DNA of 36,325 nt from Octopus bimaculoides (lineage: Eukaryota). This document shows, in pieces, positions 1-10,944 of this stretch. Location of the stretch: the NCBI RefSeq assembly GCF_001194135.2, contig NC_068994.1:7887200-7923524 (forward strand). Direction: 5' to 3'. The translations under genes were made by a program, and so were the position numbers. Numbering within the stretch: the first letter of the stretch is position 1; the number at the start of each line of letters is the position of its first letter. A model generated the notes under the pieces. It saw only the letters and a list, made by a program, of their open reading frames with translations. It searched no databases and had not been told where the DNA came from.

Positions 1-43
<43 letters not shown>

Positions 44-194
44 TACAGACACTTTGAGGGGGAGACGCACGCATACCATATACACACTGTTTCTCTCTCT
101 TTTTCTCCCTCTTGTCATACTTCTGAAGGGGCACATGCAGTTATACATGCTGTTTTTCTTTCTCTCTCCCAGTTACTGCATATCATACAGGCTC

Positions 195-517
195 AGGTAT
201 GGCTGTGTGGTTAGAAAGCTTGCTTTGCAATCGCATGGTTTTGGGTTCAGTCCCACTGCACGGTACCTTGGGCAGTGTCTTCTACTGTAGCACTGGGTTG
301 AACCTAGGTCTTGTGTGCGAATTTCGTCGATGGAAACTCAAAGAAGCCCAACGTGTGTGTGTGTGTGTGTGTGTGCGTGTGCGTGTGTGTGTGTGTGTCT
401 TTGTGTCTGTCTTTGTGTCTGTGCTGTGTTTGTCCCATACCACTGCTTGATGACTGTTGTTGGTTTGTTTACATTGTTGTAATGTAGCAGTTTGGCAAAC
501 GATATCAATAGAATAAG
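195..517 (+). mobile_element. tRNA-derived SINE, family A (diverged)
   Basis: Head with A/B-box-like tgtgtggttag...ggttcagtccc, internal (GT)n, and a body matching the 3956-4354 copy. Confidence 0.8.
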
Positions 518-519
518 AG

Positions 520-630
520 ATGAAAGGCAGAGTTGACTTTGGCGGAATTTGAACTCAGAACATAAAGACAGACAAAATACTGCTAATCATTTCGCCCGGC
601 GTGCTAACGATTCTGCCAGCTCGCCGCCTT
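520..630 (-). mobile_element. SINE family B, 5' part
   Basis: Reverse complement of aaggcggcgagctggcagaa...tgagttcaaattccgcc, as in the 11133 copy. Confidence 0.8.
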
Positions 631-1292
631 GTCAGTGTTATATATTGAACTCCTAAATACTGTACAGTTGTTTAAATAATTAAAAATTGCCAGTCACATG
701 GCATGCATGAGTTTTATGTGGACTCCTCCAATAATTTTCTCTTATGTGTATATATCTGTAGCAGACAAGAAGTGTATAGGTACTGCTAAGTAGTTTCCAT
801 CTGCTTCTGATATGCTTCTGTGTTTTTTAGCACTATACCTCTATATGAGATTCTTTCTCGAGACAACTATTGCAGTTTTGTGGCTTTCTACAATATATTT
901 GAGTTGAGCATGCTAGACAGAATACTTTCTGAAATATAGAGTTGGACACAATCCACATGATGTGTGTTTATTGCCCCTCTCGACTGCCATTCTTCAACTC
1001 TACTTGGATTTTGTTGTAGGCTAAAAACAAGTGTTTTTATTTAATAGATTTTAAAGCACAATAATAATAATAACTTTAAACTTATTGAATTCAGAAGCAA
1101 GCAAGCTACCAAGTGAGCAAGCTCTCCATTTATGTATTTAAAACAATGATATGATGGCAGTTTCGTTTTACTGCTGAGAGACAAAGCGAAATGTTTGCTT
1201 TATCTTGTTTTCAGTACATTTAATTATTTCCTCTCTAATTATCGTTAACCTCATATTTTGTTAATGCGATACCACAACTGGCTGACTCTGAA

Positions 1293-1433
1293 ATGGAGAC
1301 TTCAATAAATAATACAACTTGTTGTAGAGTATCCATTGCTGTCAGGGGCCACCACCGCTGCTTAACCAGTGGATATTTTAGAAGCAGCTCTAACCTATCT
1401 GGCATGTCGTCAGTTAGGGTCATGTTCAACCAG
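1293..1433 (+). CDS. RTKN: Candidate first coding exon of rhotekin (METSINNTTCCRVSIAVRGHHRCLTSGYFRSSSNLSGMSSVRVMFNQ)
   Basis: ATG-initiated 47-codon frame in non-repetitive DNA. It ends CAG|GT in phase 0, matching the phase-0 start of exon 6544. RVSIAVRG resembles the RVTVARG N-terminus of vertebrate rhotekin (recalled). The donor GTCCCC is weak. Confidence 0.4.
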
Positions 1434-1549
1434 GTCCCCCCCCCACTTGTCTTTATTATGGCGTGGGACTGGTGGTGGTGGTGGTGTGGGTCATTTGATC
1501 TTTATAGGAAGAGGGATTTGTACTGTTATATTGAGCATGGTGGAAAGGT

Positions 1550-1692
1550 GACCGAGCGTTGTGAGTGTTTATTGAGCGAAAACACCTAAAGCTCCACGAG
1601 GCTCCAGCAGGGGATGGTGGTGAACCCTGCTGTACTCTTCCACCACAACTTTCTCTCACTCTTACTTCCTGTTTCTGTTGAGCTTGTAATTC
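1550..1692 (+). mobile_element. SINE family C, partial
   Basis: gttgtgagtgtttattgagcgaaaacacctaaagctccacgaggctcc is shared with the 12392, 18943 and 26544 copies. Confidence 0.8.
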
Positions 1693-2949
1693 NNNNNNNN
1701 NNNNNNNNNNNNNNNNNNNNNNNNNNNNNNNNNNNNNNNNNNNNNNNNNNNNNNNNNNNNNNNNNNNNNNNNNNNNNNNNNNNNNNNNNNNNNNNNNNNN
1801 NNNNNNNNNNNNNNNNNNNNNNNNNNNNNNNNNNNNNNNNNNNNNNNNNNNNNNNNNNNNNNNNNNNNNNNNNNNNNNNNNNNNNNNNNNNNNNNNNNNN
1901 NNNNNNNNNNNNNNNNNNNNNNNNNNNNNNNNNNNNNNNNNNNNNNNNNNNNNNNNNNNNNNNNNNNNNNNNNNNNNNNNNNNNNNNNNNNNNNNNNNNN
2001 NNNNNNNNNNNNNNNNNNNNNNNNNNNNNNNNNNNNNNNNNNNNNNNNNNNNNNNNNNNNNNNNNNNNNNNNNNNNNNNNNNNNNNNNNNNNNNNNNNNN
2101 NNNNNNNNNNNNNNNNNNNNNNNNNNNNNNNNNNNNNNNNNNNNNNNNNNNNNNNNNNNNNNNNNNNNNNNNNNNNNNNNNNNNNNNNNNNNNNNNNNNN
2201 NNNNNNNNNNNNNNNNNNNNNNNNNNNNNNNNNNNNNNNNNNNNNNNNNNNNNNNNNNNNNNNNNNNGGGGGTGGACATGGAGAAAATTCTATGCCGTCA
2301 CCATGATTACCATGCAACATGTAATGCAAGAACTCGTGCAAAATAATTGCATTGCATTCGGGTATTACTTTATGATGCAGTTTGCATACGACGAACGTGT
2401 TGACTGAGACACGAACTTGACAAAAAAACAAGAAGACCAACCAAGCAAGCAACTGAACTGCTGTCTCATATAGTCTTTTTATATTTCTATATTTAAAACT
2501 CTTGAATATTTCGGTTTAAGGCAGGTTTAGATTACAAGAGAGAGAGAGAAAGATGTGTAGGTAGTGGTGGTAGTGGTGGTGGTAGAGGCTTGCAGTAAAG
2601 ACGTGCGTATGTAATATGTAACGCTAAGTACTGCTACGTACAATACAGGAAATATTAGCTTTTTATAAACAGAGCCTACGTCATATCCTCATCTCGGAAT
2701 ACATAAGAAGCCGGTCTACGAAGACATAATTTCAAAAATGTGAAATAAAAGTAAATTTTGACCTTAACACACAAATCTCTATAGTTTTGTGCCCCAACTT
2801 GTGTGCCACAGCCTACCAAGTGTATCTTGCCTACCAATCTGTTTAGGTATTATGTTACGTTATACTATATCTGTGATATGGTTTATAAAACAGGATTCAA
2901 AATACGTGTGTGTGTGTGTGTTATTTATTTGTGTCTTTTTTTTCTTTTT

Positions 2950-3380
2950 TCTTTTAACTTTTGTTTCAGTCATTGAACTGTGGCCATGCTGGGGCACTGC
3001 CTTGATGGGTTTTAGTCAAAGAAATCGGCCCCAGTATTTATTTAATTTTCTTTCTTTTTTTTTGTTTTTGTTTTAAAGCCTGGTACTTATTTCATCAGAC
3101 TCTTCTGCTGAACTGCTCAGTTATGAGACATAAACAAACCAACACTAGTTGTCAAGTGCTGGAGGACAAACACACGTGTGTGTCTTTTTCTCTCTCACAG
3201 TGTGTGTGTGTGTGCACGTATGGTGGGCTTCTTTCAGTTTCTGTCTACCAAATCCACTCAAGAGTTTGGTCAGCCTGGCGCTATAATAGAAGACACTTAA
3301 TTGCCCAAGGTGCCATGCAGTGGGGCTGAACCCGGAATCACAAGGTTTGGAAGTAAGCTTCTTAACTGCTGCCATGCCTT
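2950..3380 (-). mobile_element. SINE family A (diverged)
   Basis: Reverse-strand match to both head and tail of the 3956-4354 copy. Confidence 0.8.
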
Positions 3381-3604
3381 CACATATACACAACCTGAAG
3401 GGTGGGTAGAAGTGTACGTGTGCAGCTGTGAATTGCATGTGTGTTTATGGGAGTGATGCATGTGTGCATTTGGATGTATTATTGAAAGTGTTCAAAGAAA
3501 TTAAGAGAAGGGAGACAAACGAAATGATTAAATACTTGTAGAGTTTCTTTGAAGAAAGAAAGAAACTAAGAAGTAATGGAAGGAATATTCTTCTTTGAAT
3601 ATAA

Positions 3605-3760
3605 ATGCTGGCCTGGTTGTGTGGCTAAGAAGCTTGCTTTGCAACCAAACAGTTTTGGGTTCAAACCCACTGAACTGCACCTTGGCCAAGTGTCTTCTAT
3701 TGTAACCTTGGGCCAACCAATTTCCTTGTGAGTGAATTTGGTGGATGGAGACTGTGTAAA
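3605..3760 (+). mobile_element. SINE family A, head only
   Basis: gttgtgtggctaagaagcttgct...gggttcaaacccactg...caagtgtcttcta. Confidence 0.7.
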
Positions 3761-3955
3761 TCTAATAGGATATCTCATATGAAGTTCTTTTGTTGGTTTG
3801 GATAAATGACAGGAAGACACTTCATTCTCATAAAACACAAAACCCCTAAAATCTTTAAAAACGTACCCCACTTTTTTAACCCTCCATTTGTTCTTTGCCC
3901 CCTACCTACTATCATTTACTTCTGAGGTTCCTTTTTTTAATTTTAATTTCCAAAT

Positions 3956-4354
3956 AGGTGCAGGAGTGGCTGTGTAGTAAGTAGCTTGCTTACGAACCAC
4001 ATGGTTTCGGGTTCAGTCCCACTGCGTGGCACCTTGGGCAAGTGTCTTCTACTATAGCCTCGGGTCGACCAAAGCCTTGTGAGTGGATTTGGTAGACGGA
4101 AACTGAAAGAAGCCTGTCGTATATATATGTGTATGTATATGTGTGTGGGTGTTTGTCCTCCCAGCATCGCTTGACAACCGATGCTGGTGTGTTCACGTCC
4201 CTGTAACTTAGCGGTTCGGCAAAAGAGACCGATAGAATAAGTACTAGGCTTCCAAAGAATAAATCCTGGGGGGGCTCGATTTGCTCGACTAAAGGCGGTG
4301 CTCCAGCATGGCCGCATTCAAATGACTGAAACAATTAAGAGTAAAAAAGAGTAA
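3956..4354 (+). mobile_element. SINE family A, near full length
   Basis: tRNA-like head (gtggctgtgtagtaagtagc...gggttcagtccc), internal (AT/GT)n, tail ggcggtgctccagcatggccgca.tcaaatgactgaaac followed by an A-rich end. Confidence 0.9.
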
Positions 4355-5223
4355 ATGCTTGGGTTGGGTGTTTTCTGTTGACATATTTATTATGCTGGTC
4401 TTATTTCAAGGAATGTCTGATTCTACACTTTTAGTGGACATGATGAGGTGTGTGTGTGTGTGCTTTTCATGTTCATTTTCCTCTGTTCCTCGCCCCCCCC
4501 CNNNNNNNNNNNNNNNNNNNNNNNNNNNNNNNNNNNNNNNNNNNNNNNNNNNNNNNNNNNNNNNNNNNNNNNNNNNNNNNNNNNNNNNNNNNNNNNNNNN
4601 NNNNNNNNNNNNNNNNNNNNNNNNNNNNNNNNNNNNNNNNNNNNNNNNNNNNNNNNNNNNNNNNNNNNNNNNNNNNNNNNNNNNNNNNNNNNNNNNNNNN
4701 NNNNNNNNNNNNNNNNNNNNNNNNNNNNNNNNNNNNNNNNNNNNNNNNNNNNNNNNNNNNNNNNNNNNNNNNNNNNNNNNNNNNNNNNNNNNNNNNNNNN
4801 NNNNNNNNNNNNNNNNNNNNNNNNNNNNNNNNNNNNNNNNNNNNNNNNNNNNNNNNNNNNNNNNNNNNNNNNNNNNNNNNNNNNNNNNNNNNNNNNNNNN
4901 NNNNNNNNNNNNNNNNNNNNNNNNNNNNNNNNNNNNNNNNNNNNNNNNNNNNNNNNNNNNNNNNNNNNNNNNNNNNNNNNNNNNNNNNNNNNNNNNNNNN
5001 NNNNNNNNNNNNNNNNNNNNNNNNNNNNNNNNNNNNNNNNNNNNNNNNNNNNNNNNNNNNNNNNNNNNNNNNNNNNNNNNNNNNNNNNNNNNNNNNNNNN
5101 NNNNNNNNNNNNNNNNNNNNNNNNNNNNNNNNNNNNNNNNNNNNNNNNNNNNNNNNNNNNNNNNNNNNNNNNNNNNNNNNNNNNNNNNNNNNNNNNNNNN
5201 NNNNNNNNNNNNNNNNNNNNNNN

Positions 5224-5267
<44 letters not shown>

Positions 5268-5410
5268 CGATAGGCTTCTTTCAGTTTCCGTCTACCAAAT
5301 CCACTCACAAGGCTTTGGTCGGCCCGAGGTTATAGTAGAAGACACTCGCCCAAGGTGCCACGCAGTGGGACTGAACCCAGAACCATGCGGCTCGTCAGCA
5401 ATCTACTTAC
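5224..5410 (-). mobile_element. SINE family A, 5' half (rest in gap)
   Basis: ggcttctttcagtttccgtctaccaaatccactcacaaggctttggtcggcccgagg... Confidence 0.85.
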
Positions 5411-5774
5411 CATATATTATTTAACTGTAGTCTCTTGATCTGAGGGAGAGAGAGGGTTCCACAGTTTTTTTTGCTAAACAGCCTGATCAACTGTTTGTGC
5501 TCCCTCCAACAAATTGACATTGCTTGTACAGGTGCATGGTGTATCACACATCACATGTTGGAGTGATCATGGAGGAAATGCACACACACACACACACACA
5601 CATGCATGCATGTGCAGAAATATACTGAGAGAGAAAGAGAGAACGAGAAATATTAAAATATCTAATGTCGTTGGTGTCATATCAGCAATGCCAAATAGGC
5701 AATGCCAAAACAGCTGTGCCCAAATGTCTCATTCCATCCACACACTCATGATTTCTTTGTAGTTGTCTCAGCTA

Positions 5775-5823
5775 CCAGTAGTCATATGCTTGTCTCAAAG
5801 CTTAAGCCATGCAAGTGTAGGTA
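5775..5823 (+). pseudogene. Isolated fragment of the 18S rRNA 5' end
   Basis: CCAGTAGTCATATGCTTGTCTCAAAGcTTAAGCCATGCAaGTgTAgGTA matches the universal eukaryotic 18S start (CCAGTAGTCATATGCTTGTCTCAAAGATTAAGCCATGCATGTCTAAGTA, recalled) at 45/49 by eye. No rDNA context around it. Confidence 0.8.
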
Positions 5824-6301
5824 TGTATCAATTGTAGTACATACCTAAAGCTAGGTGAATTTGTATTCTGGAAACCAAGGTGTGATGGACACAGGAATGA
5901 TACCNNNNNNNNNNNNNNNNNNNNNNNNNNNNNNNNNNNNNNNNNNNNNNNNNNNNNNNNNNNNNNNNNNNNNNNNNNNNNNNNNNNNNNNNNNNNNNNN
6001 NNNNNNNNNNNNNNNNNNNNNNNNNNNNNNNNNNNNNNNNNNNNNNNNNNNNNNNNNNNNNNNNNNNNNNNNNNNNNNNNNNNNNNNNNNNNNNNNNNNN
6101 NNNNNNNNNNNNNNNNNNNNNNNNNNNNNNNNNNNNNNNNNNNNNNNNNNNNNNNNNNNNNNNNNNNNNNNNNNNNNNNNNNNNNNNNNNNNNNNNNNNN
6201 NNNNNNNNNNNNNNNNNNNNNNNNNNNNNNNNNNNNNNNNNNNNNNNNNNNNNNNNNNNNNNNNNNNNNNNNNNNNNNNNNNNNNNNNNNNNNNNNNNNN
6301 N

Positions 6302-6450
6302 AGAGCCAGTCCAGGGGTACTGGCAACGATCTCACTTGAAAATCCTTACACATGTCACGGGCACAAGTGCCAGAAAGGCGATGCTGGGCACAGGTGCCAT
6401 CCCGATTTCGCTTTCGCTTGCCTCAATAAGTCTTCACAAGCTGCCTTTTT
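6302..6450 (-). mobile_element. Repeat fragment, probably internal part of SINE family E
   Basis: Minus strand has ggcacctgtgcc / ggcacttgtgcc sub-repeats and cagtacc...gactggctc, recalled from octopus SINE bodies. Confidence 0.45.
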
Positions 6451-6543
6451 ATCGTCCCCCTCATCCTTTTCTCTGTGTGGCAAATAAATGAAACCATTAT
6501 TATTATTATTATAATTATTTATTTATTTATTTTTATTTTTCAG

Positions 6544-6737
6544 GACACTGACTTGCAACAGAAAATTGATCATGAAATCAAAATGAGAGAAGGGACCACC
6601 AAACTATTGGCTGCAGCCAAAAACCCAAGCCAGAAGCTGGAAGCATCAAAGAATCTGATTACAACTAACTCTCGTATCATCAATTACATGAGGGAGCTAC
6701 AGCGACGCACCACTGCTGAAGTAATGGGGAAAACTAT
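6544..6737 (+). CDS. RTKN: Rhotekin exon: HR1 Rho-binding domain (DTDLQQKIDHEIKMREGTTKLLAAAKNPSQKLEASKNLITTNSRIINYMRELQRRTTAEVMGKT)
   Basis: tttcag acceptor, gtaagt donor. Matches the rhotekin HR1 pattern (human DTELQRKLDHEIRMREGACKLLAA, recalled). 194 nt, ends in phase 2. Confidence 0.95.
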
Positions 6738-6797
6738 GTAAGTAGTCTCTGGACCCCTGATATCTTATAACTCATTTCATCTCCTCACTTTGCTTTC

Positions 6798-7035
6798 GCG
6801 GTAAATTTTCAGATTAACACCTGCACGATTTTCACTAGGGGTTAGGGTTTTAGTGTCAGGGTTAGGGTTTTAGGGTTAGGGGTTAGGGTTACGGTTAGGG
6901 TTACGGACGGAATTCCCTAACCCTAATCCTAACCGTAACCTTAAAACTAACCCTAAAACCCTAACCCTGACCCTAAAACCCTAACCCTAACACCCTAGTG
7001 AAAATCGTGCGGGTGTTAATCTGAAAATTTACTGC
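6798..7035. mobile_element. Foldback/MITE-like element with inverted telomeric (TTAGGG)n/(CCCTAA)n arms
   Basis: 40-bp terminal inverted repeat: 6801-6840 GTAAATTTTCAGATTAACACCTGCACGATTTTCACTAGGG versus 6993-7032, one mismatch. Inner variant telomeric arrays are mirrored, the centre is GGAATTCC, and TGCTTTC flanks both sides (6791-6797, 7033-7039). Confidence 0.85.
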
Positions 7036-7204
7036 TTTCTCTGTCTTGGTCTCTGATATTTCCAAATATTTCAGCCTCAGGGTTTATGATCTTTAGGAAA
7101 TTTTGGTCTTGGCAGGGCACTGTGGTCTTTTGGTGGATTAAGTATTATTGGTAGGATTTTGGTCTTTAGAACATCATTGTTTTACGGGGTATTTTGGCCT
7201 TTGG

Positions 7205-7395
7205 TGGATTATGACAAACAAGGTTGTTCATTTCCAAGTCTTCCATGAAAAACATTTGGCCTTGGAGAAATATTACCTTGGAAACAGGGGAGGGTTGGCC
7301 ACGGGAAGGGCGTATGGCTATAGGAAATCTGTCACAACAAATTTCGTCTGACCCATACAAGCATAAAAAAGTAGACATTAAATGATAATGATACT
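7205..7395 (+). mobile_element. SINE family E-related 3' part
   Basis: gggttggc..ggaagggc...tctgacccatacaagcat...gacattaaatgataatgat, with a (GAT)-type tail; similar copy at 9405-9600. Confidence 0.7.
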
Positions 7396-7488
7396 AAATT
7401 TGATTAAGGGCTATTTTTGTACCGAATTACTGAATTAATTTTTGTTTACTGTCATTCACAATTTGTCTTTATTTATTTCACCTGTCAG

Positions 7489-7538
7489 GTGCGTTGAAGG
7501 CAATCAAACCCCTTGTAAAAGCCAGGTGAGCGTTTCAG
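7489..7538 (+). CDS. RTKN: Rhotekin exon ((M)CVEGNQTPCKSQVSVS)
   Basis: cctgtcag acceptor, gtgagt donor; 50 nt, phase 2 to 1. PCKSQVSVSD aligns to rhotekin PCRGRVCISD. Confidence 0.88.
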
Positions 7539-9193
7539 GTGAGTTACTCTTTCCCTTTTATTTTAACTACTTCCTACAACAACTTCCTTTCCAGCCATTG
7601 ATAGTTCATTAATACTGATTATAACTGGTGTGGTTCAGCTTTATTTACTCCACCTGTGTGCTAAATAGGTAGTTTCAGGTGTCATCGCATAGTTTTCCCG
7701 TGTCCACCCTCTATGACTAATCTTTGTTCAGCTGTGACGATCCTATCTTCATTTCATATATCCAAAACTAAGTTACTGAGCATACTCTTACTATTAAGAT
7801 AATATATATGAAATTAGAAAATGATTCGACTACTAGTTTTACCAACAAGCTCAATCACATAGAAGTCCATCATTGGTTTGACAAACAACTAGTTTATCAG
7901 TATACTCTTTTACTCTTTTACTTGTTTCAGTCATTTGACTGTAGCCATGCNNNNNNNNNNNNNNNNNNNNNNNNNNNNNNNNNNNNNNNNNNNNNNNNNN
8001 NNNNNNNNNNNNNNNNNNNNNNNNNNNNNNNNNNNNNNNNNNNNNNNNNNNNNNNNNNNNNNNNNNNNNNNNNNNNNNNNNNNNNNNNNNNNNNNNNNNN
8101 NNNNNNNNNNNNNNNNNNNNNNNNNNNNNNNNNNNNNNNNNNNNNNNNNNNNNNNNNNNNNNNNNNNNNNNNNNNNNNNNNNNNNNNNNNNNNNNNNNNN
8201 NNNNNNNNNNNNNNNNNNNNNNNNNNNNNNNNNNNNNNNNNNNNNNNNNNNNNNNNNNNNNNNNNNNNNNNNNNNNNNNNNNNNNNNNNNNNNNNNNNNN
8301 NNNNNNNNNNNNNNNNNNNNNNNNNNNNNNNNNNNNNNNNNNNNNNNNNNNNNNNNNNNNNNNNNNNNNNNNNNNNNNNNNNNNNNNNNNNNNNNNNNNN
8401 NNNNNNNNNNNNNNNNNNNNNNNNNNNNNNNNNNNNNNNNNNNNNNNNNNNNNNNNNNNNNNNNNNNNNNNNNNNNNNNNNNNNNNNNNNTGTGAGGAGT
8501 GAAAAATTCAATGGATTTCATACTTCCTGGCATACAAGCCATCATAGTATATAGTATAAACATGTTGTGTAAACATTCAAACATTGTCACTATCTTTTCA
8601 AGTCCTGCTGCATTTCACATGGAATTTTTGGTCTGAAAAATTCAACTTACATACCCCAAAACACAGTACTTTTCTTCGAAGCAGGAGTAAATATGAAGGC
8701 CTTATCACCACAGCTGCTAAATTTCAAATTTTTTTTCCTAATTTTCACGATAATATAAAAGTCTCTAGTGTCCATCCTCTCTGAAGAAAGACAAGAATCC
8801 AGATGTTTAATTAAAAAAATTTTTTTTTTAAATTTCATTCCTCGTTACAAATCTGATATTTATGTTTCTTTTACACTTTTATTGATCAATTTCCAGTAAT
8901 GATTCAGACCATCAATACTGTCCTCAAATTCTGTATTTTACCAACATACAGTGTCTTTTCTTGTACTTACCATTTTATTTAATGTTGACACAGATTCATA
9001 ACTTCGAAAGCTAAGAATAACTTGAGCAGAGTTGGAGTCTGGCATTTTGTTACAGAGCGTTGTTGGTCATAAACCTCCTTCTGTTCATTTCTTTAAAAGA
9101 TTATATATTTATTTACTTACTTGGTTATCTCTTTTAAAACTTCGTTTTATTTATTTGTTTCTCTTCTTGTTTTCCCCCCCCCTCACGACACAG

Positions 9194-9247
9194 ATATCAG
9201 AATTCCTCTCATGTGGAAAGATACAGATCATTTCAAAAACAAGGGAG
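9194..9247 (+). CDS. RTKN: Rhotekin exon (DIRIPLMWKDTDHFKNKG)
   Basis: cacag acceptor, gtaagt donor; 54 nt, phase 1 to 1. Contains the diagnostic rhotekin/anillin-homology motif D(L/I)RIPLMWKD. Confidence 0.95.
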
Positions 9248-9404
9248 GTAAGTACCATAAATTTAACCAACTTGAGAATTACTTCCCTTTACGGAACACC
9301 CCCCCCCCTCACGAAATTCAATCAGTCAAAACTCCAACATTGAATAAAAGGTGATACTTCCGTGCTTATACACATGTATTTACACATGCATTAATGTTGT
9401 AAAC

Positions 9405-9600
9405 AATTCTAGCCGTCATGCACGTGGTGTTCTTCATTTCCAAAATTCTGTGAAAACATGTCTGACTATGGGGAAATATTATACGTTACTTGAGGGTTGG
9501 TGGCAGGAAGAGCATCTGGCTGTTAAAAAAGATCCACCTCAACAAATTCCATGCATGCATGGAAAAGTAGATGTTGAAACAAGGATGGTGATTTATGTGT
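9405..9600 (+). mobile_element. SINE family E-related 3' part
   Basis: Homologous to 7205-7395. Confidence 0.65.
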
Positions 9601-9661
9601 CAAATCCCACAAAGTTTAAAATTTTACCTTTCATCCTTCTAAGAGATATTGATAGATTAAA

Positions 9662-9805
9662 GTCATCATCATCATCATCATCATCATCGTCGTCGTTTAA
9701 CGTCCGCTTTCCATGCTAGCATGGGTTGGACGATTTGACTGAGGACTGGTGAAACCAGATGGCTACGCCAGTCTCCAATCTGATCTGGCAGAGTTTCTAC
9801 AGCTG
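9662..9805 (-). mobile_element. SINE family E 3' end with (GAT)n tail
   Basis: (tca)n then tttaacgtccgctttccatgctagcatgggttggacg...ctgatctggcagagtttctacagctg; the same core occurs at 14073-14154. Confidence 0.85.
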
Positions 9806-10775
9806 NNNNNNNNNNNNNNNNNNNNNNNNNNNNNNNNNNNNNNNNNNNNNNNNNNNNNNNNNNNNNNNNNNNNNNNNNNNNNNNNNNNNNNNNNNNNNNN
9901 NNNNNNNNNNNNNNNNNNNNNNNNNNNNNNNNNNNNNNNNNNNNNNNNNNNNNNNNNNNNNNNNNNNNNNNNNNNNNNNNNNNNNNNNNNNNNNNNNNNN
10001 NNNNNNNNNNNNNNNNNNNNNNNNNNNNNNNNNNNNNNNNNNNNNNNNNNNNNNNNNNNNNNNNNNNNNNNNNNNNNNNNNNNNNNNNNNNNNNNNNNNN
10101 NNNNNNNNNNNNNNNNNNNNNNNNNNNNNNNNNNNNNNNNNNNNNNNNNNNNNNNNNNNNNNNNNNNNNNNNNNNNNNNNNNNNNNNNNNNNNNNNNNNN
10201 NNNNNNNNNNNNNNNNNNNNNNNNNNNNNNNNNNNNNNNNNNNNNNNNNNNNNNNNNNNNNNNNNNNNNNNNNNNNNNNNNNNGTCATCTGTGTTCAAGG
10301 CCCTGCCATTCCGGGATCGGACTGTTTTCACATTTATCAACCCTCAAAATATAGGATAAGACTCTTAGAGAACTACGTCGTTGTCAACATTGACAGATGG
10401 CTATAAGCAAGTATGCTTCAGTAAAATACAAATTGATCGTATGATGACCCCCCCCCCACCAAATCTAAAGATATGTACCCTATTTTCCAGCAGACAAGTC
10501 AATATAAGTATATAGTGTAAACATTCAAACATTGTTGCTACCTTTCCAAATCCTGCTGCATTTCACCTGGAATTTTTGGTCTTTCCAAGTTGTCTTGGTG
10601 GTATAAGTCAACCTACCCTTCCTTTGGCTGTGAGGTTTAGCCTGAAAAATTTAACTTGTATTCCTGAAAATTCAGCAGGACTTTTGTTCCTGATTTAGAA
10701 ATTATTAATTTGTGTATTGTTTCCTCTCCCTCATTCTGATTATTGTTGATGTTCTTCCGCTATTCCATTTTGCAG

Positions 10776-10896
10776 ATCATCGTCGTTATGCTGTGTTTTG
10801 TTTGGTTAAAACTGGGAGCGAGATATACGATACCAGCTTGATATCAAATGTTGACCGTAGCATGACAGATATATCATTTGACGATGTCATTGTATT
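10776..10896 (+). CDS. RTKN: Rhotekin exon (DHRRYAVFCLVKTGSEIYDTSLISNVDRSMTDISFDDVIV)
   Basis: tttgcag acceptor, gtaagt donor; 121 nt, phase 1 to 2. Anillin-homology motifs AVF.L and VDR..TDISF. Confidence 0.94.
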
Positions 10897-10944
10897 GTAA
10901 GTAAACCTTTTGAGTTTTTTTGTTTTTTTTTTTGTTTTTGTATC

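Noticed and set aside
6841-6992. Ancient telomere-telomere fusion site (head-to-head TTAGGG/CCCTAA)
   Set aside because: The arrays are short, mirrored variant-for-variant, enclosed by a 40-bp TIR with a flanking direct repeat, and lie inside a contiguous gene. A foldback element explains this better.
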